64,000 nucleotides of DNA. Origin: Candidatus Sumerlaeaceae bacterium (GTDB taxonomy: Bacteria > Sumerlaeota > Sumerlaeia > Sumerlaeales > Sumerlaeaceae). A program made the position numbers and the translations under genes. Shown here piece by piece: positions 20,523-29,636 of this stretch (the first letter of the stretch is position 1; every line of letters begins with the position of its first letter). Below the pieces are notes generated by a model. It did not search any database. It was given only the letters and a program-made list of their open reading frames with translations, and was not told the DNA's origin. The stretch spans positions 160,001 through 224,000 of the forward strand of contig JBMFRB010000004.1 of the NCBI GenBank assembly GCA_049968255.1, read 5' to 3'.

Positions 20523-22652
20523 TTATCGCATACTCCATAGAATCCAAAACATGAAACCCGCCAGAAACACGACACTTACCCCAATGGTGGCAAGGTAAGT
20601 GCTCACCCGACCCGTCTGAAGGCGGCTCAAAGTTTTTCCGCCCGCGGCCGCTGCATCAGCCACAGTGTTCACAATACCGTCCACGACAAAGCGATCGTGA
20701 ACTCCCACAAGCCACGAGACGAACCTTGTTAGCCACCCTGTCCCGTTCACGACCCCGTCAATAACGGACAGATCAAAACGCGCGATAAATCGGCATAAGG
20801 TGAGAAAGGGGCGGATCACAGCGACCCGATAAAACTCGTCAATAAAATACTTGTTCAAAAGCAGCAAATAAAGCAGACGCAAACGAGCAGCCACCTTCGC
20901 GGGATCAATCGCGCGCCTTTGATAAGTGATCCATGCCAATCCGACCCCAAAAACAAACGCGAGCAGCGAGCCCACCACTGCAGCCTGATGCGCAAAATGA
21001 GCCTTTTCGCTATGCCCTCCCTCATCTTCGTGCGTTCCTGCCGAAATCTGAGGATGTTCTTCGTGAGAGCCCCCTGCAGCCATCTCTGGGCCGGCCCCTC
21101 CCGCGCTCATTGCTGGCGAAGGTGGACCGAAACGTTCGACGACTTCTCCCAGCGAAGGAGCTGGATTCCGGCTCCAAAACCAGTTTCCCGCTCCGCCACC
21201 AACAGGGTAAACGCTGAGGCATGCGAGCACGACCAACGGCAGCGCCATCACCCAGGGACTTTCATGGGCGTGATCATACGCCTGGGTGTTGCGTGGCGAG
21301 CCAAAGAAAGCGAGAAAGATAAGCCGAAACATATAAAAGGATGTGAAAAAAGCTGCAACGAGCGCAAAAGCCGGAAGTAGCCAATGAGTAGGCTTTTCCA
21401 TGGCGAATTCGATTGCGGCCGCAATGATCGAGTCCTTCGTGAAGAAGCCCGAAAAGGGTGGCAAGCCGGTGAGTGCAAGTGTCGCTACAAGGAAGGTGAC
21501 GAAGGTAATCGGCATTTTGCGCCGCAGTCCCCCCATCTCGCTGAGATTCTGTGTGTGCAACGCATGGATAACACTTCCTGAGCCAAGAAAAAGACAGGCT
21601 TTGAAGAAGGCATGCGTCGTGAGGTGGTAGACGCCAGCTGTGTAACCCGCCGAGATGAACCCACCTACCCCCAATCCAAGCATCATGTAGCCAAGCTGAG
21701 AAATCGTCGAGTAGGCCAGAACTTTCTTAATGTCATCCATGACGACGCCAATGGTCGCTGCGAAGAGCGCAGTGAACCCGCCAATGTATGCCATGATCAA
21801 GAAATCCTCTGGCGTCAGAAGCAAGTAAGAGCGCGCCATAAGGTAGACTCCCGCCGCGACCATGGTAGCTGCGTGGATCAAGGCGGAGACGGGCGTCGGA
21901 CCTTCCATGGCGTCGGGCAGCCACACGTGCAGCGGGAACTGCGCGCTCTTTCCCACCGCTCCTCCAAATAGGAGTAAACCCACCAGCGTGCGCCAACCAT
22001 GTGTCAGTGATCCGTCAGCAACAGCGACAAAAACGTCCGCGAAACGAAGTGAGCCCACCTGCCAGTAAAGAATCAGGATTCCCATGAACATCAAGACGTC
22101 GCCAATGCGCGTTGTCATGAAGGCCTTCAGGCTCGCGTTAGCGGCACTTGGCTTTTCAAAGTAATGCCCGATCAACAGGTACGAGCAAAATCCCATGATC
22201 TCCCATGAGATGTAAAGCGTCAGAAAATTGTCCGCTAAGACGAGGCTCAGCATGGCCGCGCTGAACAACTGCAGCGCAGCGAAAAAACGCACGTACTTAG
22301 GATCGCCATGCATGTAGCCCATCGAATAAAGGTGGACCAGAAAACTCACCGTGGCCACCATCAACACCATCGTGGCGGAAAGATTGTCCACGAGAATCCC
22401 AACAGGCCATTGAAAGCCGTTTCCGCGTGGATCAAACCAAGGCGACAGCCAGCGCACCGAAACAAGTGGCGAATGCAGTTGAAAAACCGAAGCGAAAATC
22501 GTCGCGGCTTGCGCCAGCACAAGTCCCATGATTGTTGTAGCAAGCCAGTCGCCGCCGCGGGGCAGACGGCGACCAAAGAGCCCGACGATCGCAAAGCCTA
22601 TGAGCGGCAGCGCGATCAATCCCAGCGCCCCTAGTTCTATGCTCGGTTTCAT
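20523..22652 (-). CDS. nuoL: NADH-quinone oxidoreductase subunit L
   Basis: GKSAQFPLHVWLPDAMEGPTPVSALIHAATMV and HAFFKA motifs. Confidence 0.95.
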   Translation of the reverse strand: MKPSIELGALGLIALPLIGFAIVGLFGRRLPRGGDWLATTIMGLVLAQAATIFASVFQLHSPLVSVRWLSPWFDPRGNGFQWPVGILVDNLSATMVLMVATVSFLVHLYSMGYMHGDPKYVRFFAALQLFSAAMLSLVLADNFLTLYISWEIMGFCSYLLIGHYFEKPSAANASLKAFMTTRIGDVLMFMGILILYWQVGSLRFADVFVAVADGSLTHGWRTLVGLLLFGGAVGKSAQFPLHVWLPDAMEGPTPVSALIHAATMVAAGVYLMARSYLLLTPEDFLIMAYIGGFTALFAATIGVVMDDIKKVLAYSTISQLGYMMLGLGVGGFISAGYTAGVYHLTTHAFFKACLFLGSGSVIHALHTQNLSEMGGLRRKMPITFVTFLVATLALTGLPPFSGFFTKDSIIAAAIEFAMEKPTHWLLPAFALVAAFFTSFYMFRLIFLAFFGSPRNTQAYDHAHESPWVMALPLVVLACLSVYPVGGGAGNWFWSRNPAPSLGEVVERFGPPSPAMSAGGAGPEMAAGGSHEEHPQISAGTHEDEGGHSEKAHFAHQAAVVGSLLAFVFGVGLAWITYQRRAIDPAKVAARLRLLYLLLLNKYFIDEFYRVAVIRPFLTLCRFIARFDLSVIDGVVNGTGWLTRFVSWLVGVHDRFVVDGIVNTVADAAAAGGKTLSRLQTGRVSTYLATIGVSVVFLAGFMFWILWSMR

Positions 22653-22660
22653 TCCGATTT

Positions 22661-22999
22661 CTAACCTCGCAACGTATGGGCTTCGTCTATTTCGATGGAA
22701 CCAAAGGTGTTGAACAGGTTGATAAGGATCGCGAGAGCAATCGCGGCCTCACACGCCGCAAGAATGATCACAAAGATCGCGAAGATCTGGCCGTCGAGCG
22801 CCACCGCCTGCGAAAGGCCCGCCACCGGCGCCGGGCGCTCTACAACTCGTGAGAATGCTATAAAGTTAATGTTTGCTGCATTGAGGATGAGTTCTATTCC
22901 AATAAGTACCCCCACCGCATTTTTGCGCGATGCCACGGCCGCAATACCCAAGGCGAACACAACGGCGCTCAAAAGGACAAAATGATAGAGCGTCAGCAT
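22661..22999 (-). CDS. nuoK: NADH-quinone oxidoreductase subunit K
   Basis: ELILNAANINF and GQIFAIF...AACEAAIALA motifs. Confidence 0.95.
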   Translation of the reverse strand: MLTLYHFVLLSAVVFALGIAAVASRKNAVGVLIGIELILNAANINFIAFSRVVERPAPVAGLSQAVALDGQIFAIFVIILAACEAAIALAILINLFNTFGSIEIDEAHTLRG

Positions 23000-23002
23000 G
23001 CC

Positions 23003-23503
23003 CTAGTCACGCTCCTTTCTGCGGACTAGGTACGACGCACCAATGAGTGCGGCTAAGAGCGTGAGCGAGGAGAACTCAAAAGCGATGACATATTTTTGCA
23101 AAAGAAGCACGCCAAGCGGTGCGGTTGTAGGCACCTGGGCTAAAAGGGGCCGAACCGGCCAGTAGGCCGAGGTCAGTATGGTCAAAAGTATCGCGAACAC
23201 CCCCGCTGCAATCGCCGTCCCCACCCAAAAGGGGCGGCGACTCGAGCTAATCAAATCTTCGAGAGAGCGATTCGTAAGGAGTATCCCAAACAGCAGGAGG
23301 ACCAAAATTCCCCCCACGTAAATCACCACCTGCGTGACGGCAAGAAAATCTGCATCGAGAAGCGCGTAAATCCCGGCAGTTGTGAGGAGCGACACGAAGA
23401 GAGCATAGGCCGCATTGACGATGCTGCGTGCAAATGCGGCTACTGTCGCGCTCACTACGATGAGCGTGGCGAGTAGCCAAAACGCAACAACTCCGCCTTG
23501 CAT
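23003..23503 (-). CDS. nuoJ: NADH-quinone oxidoreductase subunit J
   Basis: ADFLA..QV.IY.GGI.VL.LF and FE..S..LL.ALIG motifs. Confidence 0.92.
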   Translation of the reverse strand: MQGGVVAFWLLATLIVVSATVAAFARSIVNAAYALFVSLLTTAGIYALLDADFLAVTQVVIYVGGILVLLLFGILLTNRSLEDLISSSRRPFWVGTAIAAGVFAILLTILTSAYWPVRPLLAQVPTTAPLGVLLLQKYVIAFEFSSLTLLAALIGASYLVRRKERD

Positions 23504-23655
23504 GATTTCGGCACCAACCTTCCCTTGCCTGCTGAGGCTCAAAGTCGGGGCAAAATTCCGAGCAAAAATTCGACGCTATCATTGCCCGAAAAGGGGGTAC
23601 GTCAACAACAAATCGGACTCGAATGTCCGGTTTGTCTTACCGTGGAACGCCCGTC

Positions 23656-24999
23656 CTATTTGTCACGCCCCATGATCATGTCTGCAAAATTTTTCTGCGA
23701 GAAAAACGAATCGAACACGCTAGCGAGCCGGGGGATTTGGTCCACAACGGCAAACAACTGCGAGTGGTGTCCGAAATAATTTTCCACTGTGCCCAACGCT
23801 TCGGAGAAGGCTTGAAGAGGCTCAGTACCGTGGGTGATTATGCTGGCGTGTGCGTAAACGGGTACAAGCGCAACGCGTAGAGTCAACAGCTCCAGCCCGC
23901 GCCGCAGACCTTGCTTTTCTAAGGCCAGATCCTTGCGAAAGATGCACATGTTCACGTAGCGCTCCAACATTTCGTCCGCCTCTGGGGGCAAACCATCAAT
24001 TTTTGCGTTGAGGATGTTCCGTGGCAATGCGGACGGAAGCGGCGGAACCTGCATCCGTCCGATTCCGAGTGCCGAAGCGACGTAGTTTGCCACGAGAATC
24101 CAGGAAGCCTGCAACGGCTTGCCTGATTTCCACATCGAAGCGGCACATGCCAGCAGAAGTCCAAGGAAAGTTCGCCGTGCTGCAGCGTTGGGGCGTGGCT
24201 TGCTGGCAATGCGCAACGGCTCGCGAAATTCCGATCGGCGCAAAACTCCTATGAAAGCGCGGACCTCCTCGTCCGCGATGAGAAGTTGCTCGATGCTTCC
24301 AGGTACGCGAGGCACGCGCGCTTCGGCCCATAGCCGGAACATCCCGAACAAAACGTGGGCAGCCGAGAGGCGATGGGGAAGTGCAAAGGCTGTTTGGGCG
24401 AGCAGGTCAAACAGCGCGCCCTCTATCATTTCGTAGGCGGCCCACCGAATCGCATAAGCGCCGTCAAACCCGATCGCGTCGCGGATGGTATCGCATCGAT
24501 AGGCTTCGTGGGCGTGGCGCCTTAGCTGCGGAAGTTGCTCGCTCAATAGTGTTCCCATGCCTGCTCGCACAGAAGGGCACGAGTACGAAAGCCCCACAAA
24601 TATCCCCGCCGGAGTACGGCGAAAGATATAAGGGAAATCGCGGCAGACTTGCGGTTTAGCGGATTCTCCCAACATCATGTGAATGGCGCATTTCCTGTCG
24701 CGGGTAAGGAAAACGCATTCTCCGGATGCCCGACGCGCAAGGGTCGCGCACGTGGAATTCTCCTCGTTGATCGTGCTGAGCGGAGTTGGGGGAAGAGTAT
24801 CGCTCAAAAGCTCGCCGATAGCGGGAAGGTTTCTCAGAATTGTTTCAGCGCGCTCGCTGTCTACTGGGATGCGCGGGAAGACTTGGCAGCAAAGGCCACA
24901 GTGCTGACAACTGAAGCGCGAATCGGGAAGCACGCAAATTGCCTCCCCACTTTCATGTGTCGAATCCTTTGGCAGGGAGCGTTCCGGCAAGGTTAGCAC
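23656..24999 (-). CDS. YkgJ/FliB-like CxxCxxCC cysteine-cluster protein
   Basis: FSCQHCGLCC, CVFL....CAIH...KP..CR.FP and SCP, followed by a long helical C-terminus. Confidence 0.75.
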   Translation of the reverse strand: MLTLPERSLPKDSTHESGEAICVLPDSRFSCQHCGLCCQVFPRIPVDSERAETILRNLPAIGELLSDTLPPTPLSTINEENSTCATLARRASGECVFLTRDRKCAIHMMLGESAKPQVCRDFPYIFRRTPAGIFVGLSYSCPSVRAGMGTLLSEQLPQLRRHAHEAYRCDTIRDAIGFDGAYAIRWAAYEMIEGALFDLLAQTAFALPHRLSAAHVLFGMFRLWAEARVPRVPGSIEQLLIADEEVRAFIGVLRRSEFREPLRIASKPRPNAAARRTFLGLLLACAASMWKSGKPLQASWILVANYVASALGIGRMQVPPLPSALPRNILNAKIDGLPPEADEMLERYVNMCIFRKDLALEKQGLRRGLELLTLRVALVPVYAHASIITHGTEPLQAFSEALGTVENYFGHHSQLFAVVDQIPRLASVFDSFFSQKNFADMIMGRDK

Positions 25000-25004
25000 T
25001 TACC

Positions 25005-25244
25005 CTAAGACTCGTTCGGAACGGGTTTCGCTTCCGAAGCGGGCTGCTCGGCTTTGTCGAACGCCAGCGGGCTATACATTTCAGTGTAGCCGCACAGCGT
25101 GCACGTCAGAAGGACAAACTCCTCTGAACCGAATGAGAGCAAAGGGGGGAACTTGCCGGGCAACTTGACCGTGCGCGCCACCGCCGTTTTGCCACGGCAC
25201 TTTGTGCAACAAAACGAGCTTAGCAATTTCTCCTCAAATGTCAT
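25005..25244 (-). CDS. Small zinc-ribbon protein (DUF2082-like)
   Basis: CTKC...CTLCGYTEMY. Confidence 0.7.
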   Translation of the reverse strand: MTFEEKLLSSFCCTKCRGKTAVARTVKLPGKFPPLLSFGSEEFVLLTCTLCGYTEMYSPLAFDKAEQPASEAKPVPNES

Positions 25245-25354
25245 CGCCGCCTTGCCCTCTGATCTCTTGGTACACAAGCCAGCACTCTGTGACATTTACA
25301 ATCAATCACGAATATGGTTGCATCGCTAAGAGGCACCAGAACAATGCTCGTATC

Positions 25355-25912
25355 ATGAAAAAACACACCACCATGGCCCTTGCGGTCTCAACTTCGAAGC
25401 TTGTGATTGTGTTGTTGGCAGGCATGCTTTTGCTCGCAGGCTGCAAAGATCAAGATTTCTCCTTCAAACCCGATTTTTCTGTGAATTTGTTCTTTCCAGG
25501 ACCAAAGTGGCCAAACACCAAGAAGCTCACAAAAGTCGAGAGCGACGTGTACGAACGCTACGGCCGGCCAGCCGCCTTTCGAGTTCTATGGCCGCCGAAT
25601 GGCGACATAAAACTTCGTTCCGAACTTGAGGATGTCTTCGGAAAGCAGCCAAAGGTATTGCCACCGTACTCGTGGGTTTATCCGTCGCTCGGCAAGGAGA
25701 TCGTTTTCCGTGGGCAAGCGTACGAAGAGCGCCCTCTCAGCGACAAGGTCCGGCTCATTCTCAAATACGGCGATCCCGAGGACGTGAAGGAACTCTCGAG
25801 CGGCGTGGTGCAGTGGACGTATTACAGCGCCGGAAAGATGCTCAAGCTCCGTGAGGGCCGCATCGTGGAAGAAAAAGAATTTCCTGCGATGGGCCGTTTC
25901 CTGAAAAATTAG
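25355..25912 (+). CDS. Lipoprotein with two YG.P...W.Y (SmpA/BamE-like) modules
   Basis: Lipobox LLAGC. Repeats YGRP..WVY and YGDP..WTY. Confidence 0.6.
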   Translation: MKKHTTMALAVSTSKLVIVLLAGMLLLAGCKDQDFSFKPDFSVNLFFPGPKWPNTKKLTKVESDVYERYGRPAAFRVLWPPNGDIKLRSELEDVFGKQPKVLPPYSWVYPSLGKEIVFRGQAYEERPLSDKVRLILKYGDPEDVKELSSGVVQWTYYSAGKMLKLREGRIVEEKEFPAMGRFLKN

Positions 25913-25995
25913 GCGAAGAGGCACCTTCGAGAAAGGACACGCCAGCACAGAATCGGGTGGTCCCGTGAGATAGGACCCCCCGCCGTTTCGCGCGG

Positions 25996-26916
25996 TTACG
26001 GCGTGCCACCGTCCTCCGCGATGACGTTCTCGAGAATGCCGATCTTCTCAATTTGAATGCGCACAACGTCGCCAGGTTGAAGAAAGAGAGGTGGGTTTCG
26101 CCACACGCCCACGCCGGAAGGTGTGCCGGTTGAGATAATGTCGCCCGGTTCTAGCGAGATGCCTTGCGAAATGAACTCGATAAGCTGGGCCACAGAGAAA
26201 ATCATCCTGCTTGTGTGACTGTGCTGCATGAGCATCCCGTTGACTGTCGTGATGAGTTCAAGCTGTTGGGGATCCGGAATTTCATCGGTCGTCACCACAC
26301 ACGGCCCTGTCGGCGCAAAGCCATCCATGCTTTTCGCACGCAGCCATTGGCCATCAGCCTTCTGGATATCGCGCGCGCTGACATCATTGACAACGGTATA
26401 GCCCAAAACGTACTCCAGCGCTTGCTCTGACGGAATTCTCTTTCCGCCACGACCGATGATCACACCTAGCTCCCCTTCGAAGTCGAGTTTCGTCGTCACG
26501 CTAGGCCGAGGCACGACGTCCCCATGCCCCCGGATAGCGTTAGCAAATTTTGCAAAAATCACGGGTGACTTTGGCGGCTCGAGATTTTGTTCCTCGCAGT
26601 GATCGCGGTAATTGAGCCCAACGCAGATGAATTTGCGAGGAGCTGGGATAGGCGGCAGAATGCGCACAGTGTCCGGGTCATAATGAGTGCAATCTTTAAG
26701 CACGCCTTTCTGCTCAGCGGCTTCAAGCAGTTGCTGAAGCTCATGAACGCCACGCGAGGGATTTGCTGCCAACGCAAGCAGATCAGCCTGATCCACAAAA
26801 TCAGGGTTTGGGTGACCGAGCTTTTCACACAGCTCCGCAAAACTTATCAGTCGGTCTCCATGCTGAGTTCCGAGGAGAGCCTTGCCCTCCTTAGCGATAA
26901 ACCGATAAAGTTTCAT
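25996..26916 (-). CDS. Fumarylacetoacetate hydrolase family protein
   Basis: CVGLNY.DH..E, DFEGEL, NDVSARD and TGTPSGVG motifs. Confidence 0.92.
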   Translation of the reverse strand: MKLYRFIAKEGKALLGTQHGDRLISFAELCEKLGHPNPDFVDQADLLALAANPSRGVHELQQLLEAAEQKGVLKDCTHYDPDTVRILPPIPAPRKFICVGLNYRDHCEEQNLEPPKSPVIFAKFANAIRGHGDVVPRPSVTTKLDFEGELGVIIGRGGKRIPSEQALEYVLGYTVVNDVSARDIQKADGQWLRAKSMDGFAPTGPCVVTTDEIPDPQQLELITTVNGMLMQHSHTSRMIFSVAQLIEFISQGISLEPGDIISTGTPSGVGVWRNPPLFLQPGDVVRIQIEKIGILENVIAEDGGTP

Positions 26917-26934
26917 AAGTTAAGATTCCTTTTC

Positions 26935-28146
26935 TCATTCGATCGCAGGAACACTTTTCTCCCAGCGTTCTTCAAGCCATCGCATGGCCGATCGATTGGC
27001 GATGGCAAAAACATCAGCAAGTGGGACGTTTTTTTCCCTAGCGATACGTCGGCAATCCTCGAATTCCGGTGTGATCTTCAAAACTTGGTCGCCCCAAAAG
27101 CCGACTTTCATCCGAACCGGCCCCCACGGCGTCGGAACTTCATGGAGTTCCCTCCGCAGGCAATAGCGATCGCAGGGAATGACCTTGACGCCAAACGTCG
27201 TCGACTCGCGCAAAAGCACCTCTAGAATGCTTTGGACCTGCTCCGGTGTCGTCAGGCACTGCACGCTCACCGCCGGCCGATTTTTCTTCATTTGGATCGG
27301 CGCAAACGCGACATCGAGGGCGCCGGCTGCAAAAAGTCTCTCCTGAAGGTAGCCGAACAGTTCCCCTGTCATGTCGTCTATCTCCGTCTGAAGAAGCACA
27401 AGCTCGCGCCGCTCGAGAGGTAGCTCATCTGCACTGTCGCCAAGAAAAACCCTCAGGCAATTGCTAAAGCCTTTGTCCTCGCGCCCTCCTGCACCGTAGC
27501 CCACTTGCTCAATTTTCAAGTGCCAAGGCTGTGCGAACTCCGAAACAAGGGTTCGCAAAATCGCCGCACCAGTTGGTGTTGTCAGCTCACCTTTTCTGCC
27601 ACCATCGGTGATGGGCACACCCCGAAGCAGCAGAGCTGTTGCAGGGGCAGGAACTGGCAATTCTCCGTGAGCAGCTCGCACTCTACCGCTTCCCACCACA
27701 ATCTCCGAAGCTGTTGCGTGACCTATTCCTAAATACTCATAGCACCACATCGCTCCAACAATGTCCACGATTGCATCGAGCGCACCCACTTCATGAAATT
27801 GAACCTTCTCCATGGGCATCTTGTGCACCGTCGCCTCTGCCTCTGCCAACAGCCGAAAGCACGCGATGGCGCGCTCTTTGACCGAAGAGGGAAGCTCGGA
27901 ATTGCTAATAATAGACTGAATTTCACCAAAACCACGGTGATGGTGCTGGTGTTGGCATTCCACAATGGCCTGCGTGGCGATAATGCCTCCCCGAAGAACT
28001 CTCTGCGCGGAAATAGAATATCCCTCGATCGGCAGCGACGCCAATGCACGCCGTAGCTCCTCAAGCGGTACACCGACATCCAAAAAGGCACCAAGCACCA
28101 TGTCGCCGCTGATTCCGCTGTAACAGTCGAAGTGTGCGCTTTTCAT
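26935..28146 (-). CDS. larC: Nickel-pincer cofactor biosynthesis nickel insertase
   Basis: SGISGDM, His-rich HQHHHR, FHEVGA.D.I.D, TPTGAA, MKKNRP and TTFGV motifs. Confidence 0.92.
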   Translation of the reverse strand: MKSAHFDCYSGISGDMVLGAFLDVGVPLEELRRALASLPIEGYSISAQRVLRGGIIATQAIVECQHQHHHRGFGEIQSIISNSELPSSVKERAIACFRLLAEAEATVHKMPMEKVQFHEVGALDAIVDIVGAMWCYEYLGIGHATASEIVVGSGRVRAAHGELPVPAPATALLLRGVPITDGGRKGELTTPTGAAILRTLVSEFAQPWHLKIEQVGYGAGGREDKGFSNCLRVFLGDSADELPLERRELVLLQTEIDDMTGELFGYLQERLFAAGALDVAFAPIQMKKNRPAVSVQCLTTPEQVQSILEVLLRESTTFGVKVIPCDRYCLRRELHEVPTPWGPVRMKVGFWGDQVLKITPEFEDCRRIAREKNVPLADVFAIANRSAMRWLEERWEKSVPAIE

Positions 28147-28931
28147 GCGCGTCTCCTTTTCGTGGCTCTGCGCCCATGCTGGTTGATGAAATGTGCCACA
28201 AGTGCTGCGCCAAAACCATTGTCAATGTTCACCACTGCAACCCCGCCGCTGCACGAGTTGAGCATTCCGAGCAGCGCTGCAATTCCTCCAAAACTTGCCC
28301 CATAACCAATACTTGTCGGCACAGCGATCACAGGCACCGCTACGAGCCCTGCCACCACACTCGGTAAGGCGCCTTCCATACCTGCGGCAACAATGATCAC
28401 CCGGGCGCGCAACAGGACCTCGCTAGCCGCATTCATCAACCGATGCAAGCCAGCAACGCCCACGTCATAAACCCGCTTCACCCGGTTGCCCATGATCTCA
28501 GCGCACACAGCAGCTTCTTCAGCGACTGGCAGATCAGATGTGCCAGCAGAAAGCACCGCGATGAGTCCCTCTTTGCGAGGTTTACCGGCAGCTTTGGCCA
28601 ACACACGAGCCTCCGGATGATAGGTGAGGCCCTTGTGGCGCGCCATGACGTACTCAGCCTTGTCAGCCGAAATCCGCGTGCACAAGATGGTTTGTCCCGC
28701 CTCATCCATGCGCTTCACGGCCTCGAGAATTTGTTCTTGCGTCTTGTTTGCACCGTAGATGGCTTCAGGCACACCACGCCGATGTAAGCGATGAAGATCG
28801 AGTTTTGTGTGCATCAACTCCGCATATCCGCTCACGAAATTGACGTGGAGTTTCTCGCGGGCCTGCTCGGGCGACAACTTCCCCTGCGCGACCTGTGTCA
28901 GCAGATCAAGGATGCAATCGTCATTTCTCAT
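28143..28931 (-). CDS. larB: Nickel-pincer cofactor biosynthesis carboxylase/hydrolase
   Basis: AGTSDLPVAEEA, DVGVAGLHRL, AGMEGALPSV, PTSIGYG and NIDNGFGA motifs. Confidence 0.93.
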   Translation of the reverse strand: MRNDDCILDLLTQVAQGKLSPEQAREKLHVNFVSGYAELMHTKLDLHRLHRRGVPEAIYGANKTQEQILEAVKRMDEAGQTILCTRISADKAEYVMARHKGLTYHPEARVLAKAAGKPRKEGLIAVLSAGTSDLPVAEEAAVCAEIMGNRVKRVYDVGVAGLHRLMNAASEVLLRARVIIVAAGMEGALPSVVAGLVAVPVIAVPTSIGYGASFGGIAALLGMLNSCSGGVAVVNIDNGFGAALVAHFINQHGRRATKRRRA

Positions 28932-28979
28932 AGTGCTACAGCTTGTCTCGCAGCCAAGTAACTGCAAGCCCTACTCGCT

Positions 28980-29636
28980 TCACGGTGGGCCAATCCCAAA
29001 GGCGCGCATAAAGTCTGCACGTCCATCGCGAAGTTCTACCCGTCCGTTTGACATTAGTGCGTTTTCGCGATCATGAGCCTCACCGTGGGGATAGCGTACG
29101 TCCTTCGCTGACGGATTGAAACTATACTCGACCGGCACCCACAGGCATCTGGCGAGCCAAATATCGTGCGAGTCTCTGTCGACATTGTTTGGCGCTCCAA
29201 TAGGGCCACCGGTGTCTATCGCTGAATTGTTGTAGGCATACCGGAAGCGCTGAAGCCGATCGCCGCGAAATTGCTCGCGGTAGCTTGGGCAAAACAGGTA
29301 CTCATCGCTAGTCAGGTAGCCCATCCGAACCAGAACCCGCGGAACCCCATCCCAGCTTCCATTTGCAGCCGGTCCATCCCCTGGCGTGGTTTGGCCCATG
29401 CTTTCTTGCAAACCAGCCGTCCCGTCAGCAGGTGGATATCGGTTGTTATCAAGTTTATATGCGTACAACGCATACGCGATCGCTTTGAGGTTCGAGGCGC
29501 AACGCGCCTGGTTGGCGCGTTCTTTGGCATGCTTGAGATTCACCAATGCGATCGCGCTAAGGATCGCCACAATGGCGACCACGATGAGAAGCTCAATGAG
29601 AGTAAAAGCGACGGAAAGACGTCGTGCGGAAATCAC
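28980..29636 (-). CDS. Type IV pilin-like / pseudopilin protein (prepilin N-terminal cleavage-methylation motif, degenerate H-X9-DG-type C-terminus)
   Basis: RRLSVA|FTLIELLIVVAIVAILSAI, CASNLKAI, FCPS and HG...NALMSNGRV. GTG start overlaps the upstream TGA (GTGA). Confidence 0.85.
   Translation of the reverse strand: MISARRLSVAFTLIELLIVVAIVAILSAIALVNLKHAKERANQARCASNLKAIAYALYAYKLDNNRYPPADGTAGLQESMGQTTPGDGPAANGSWDGVPRVLVRMGYLTSDEYLFCPSYREQFRGDRLQRFRYAYNNSAIDTGGPIGAPNNVDRDSHDIWLARCLWVPVEYSFNPSAKDVRYPHGEAHDRENALMSNGRVELRDGRADFMRAFGIGPP

Noticed and set aside
20995-21110. His/Glu/Gly-rich insertion in NuoL
   Set aside because: Such variable His-rich loops are common in NuoL.
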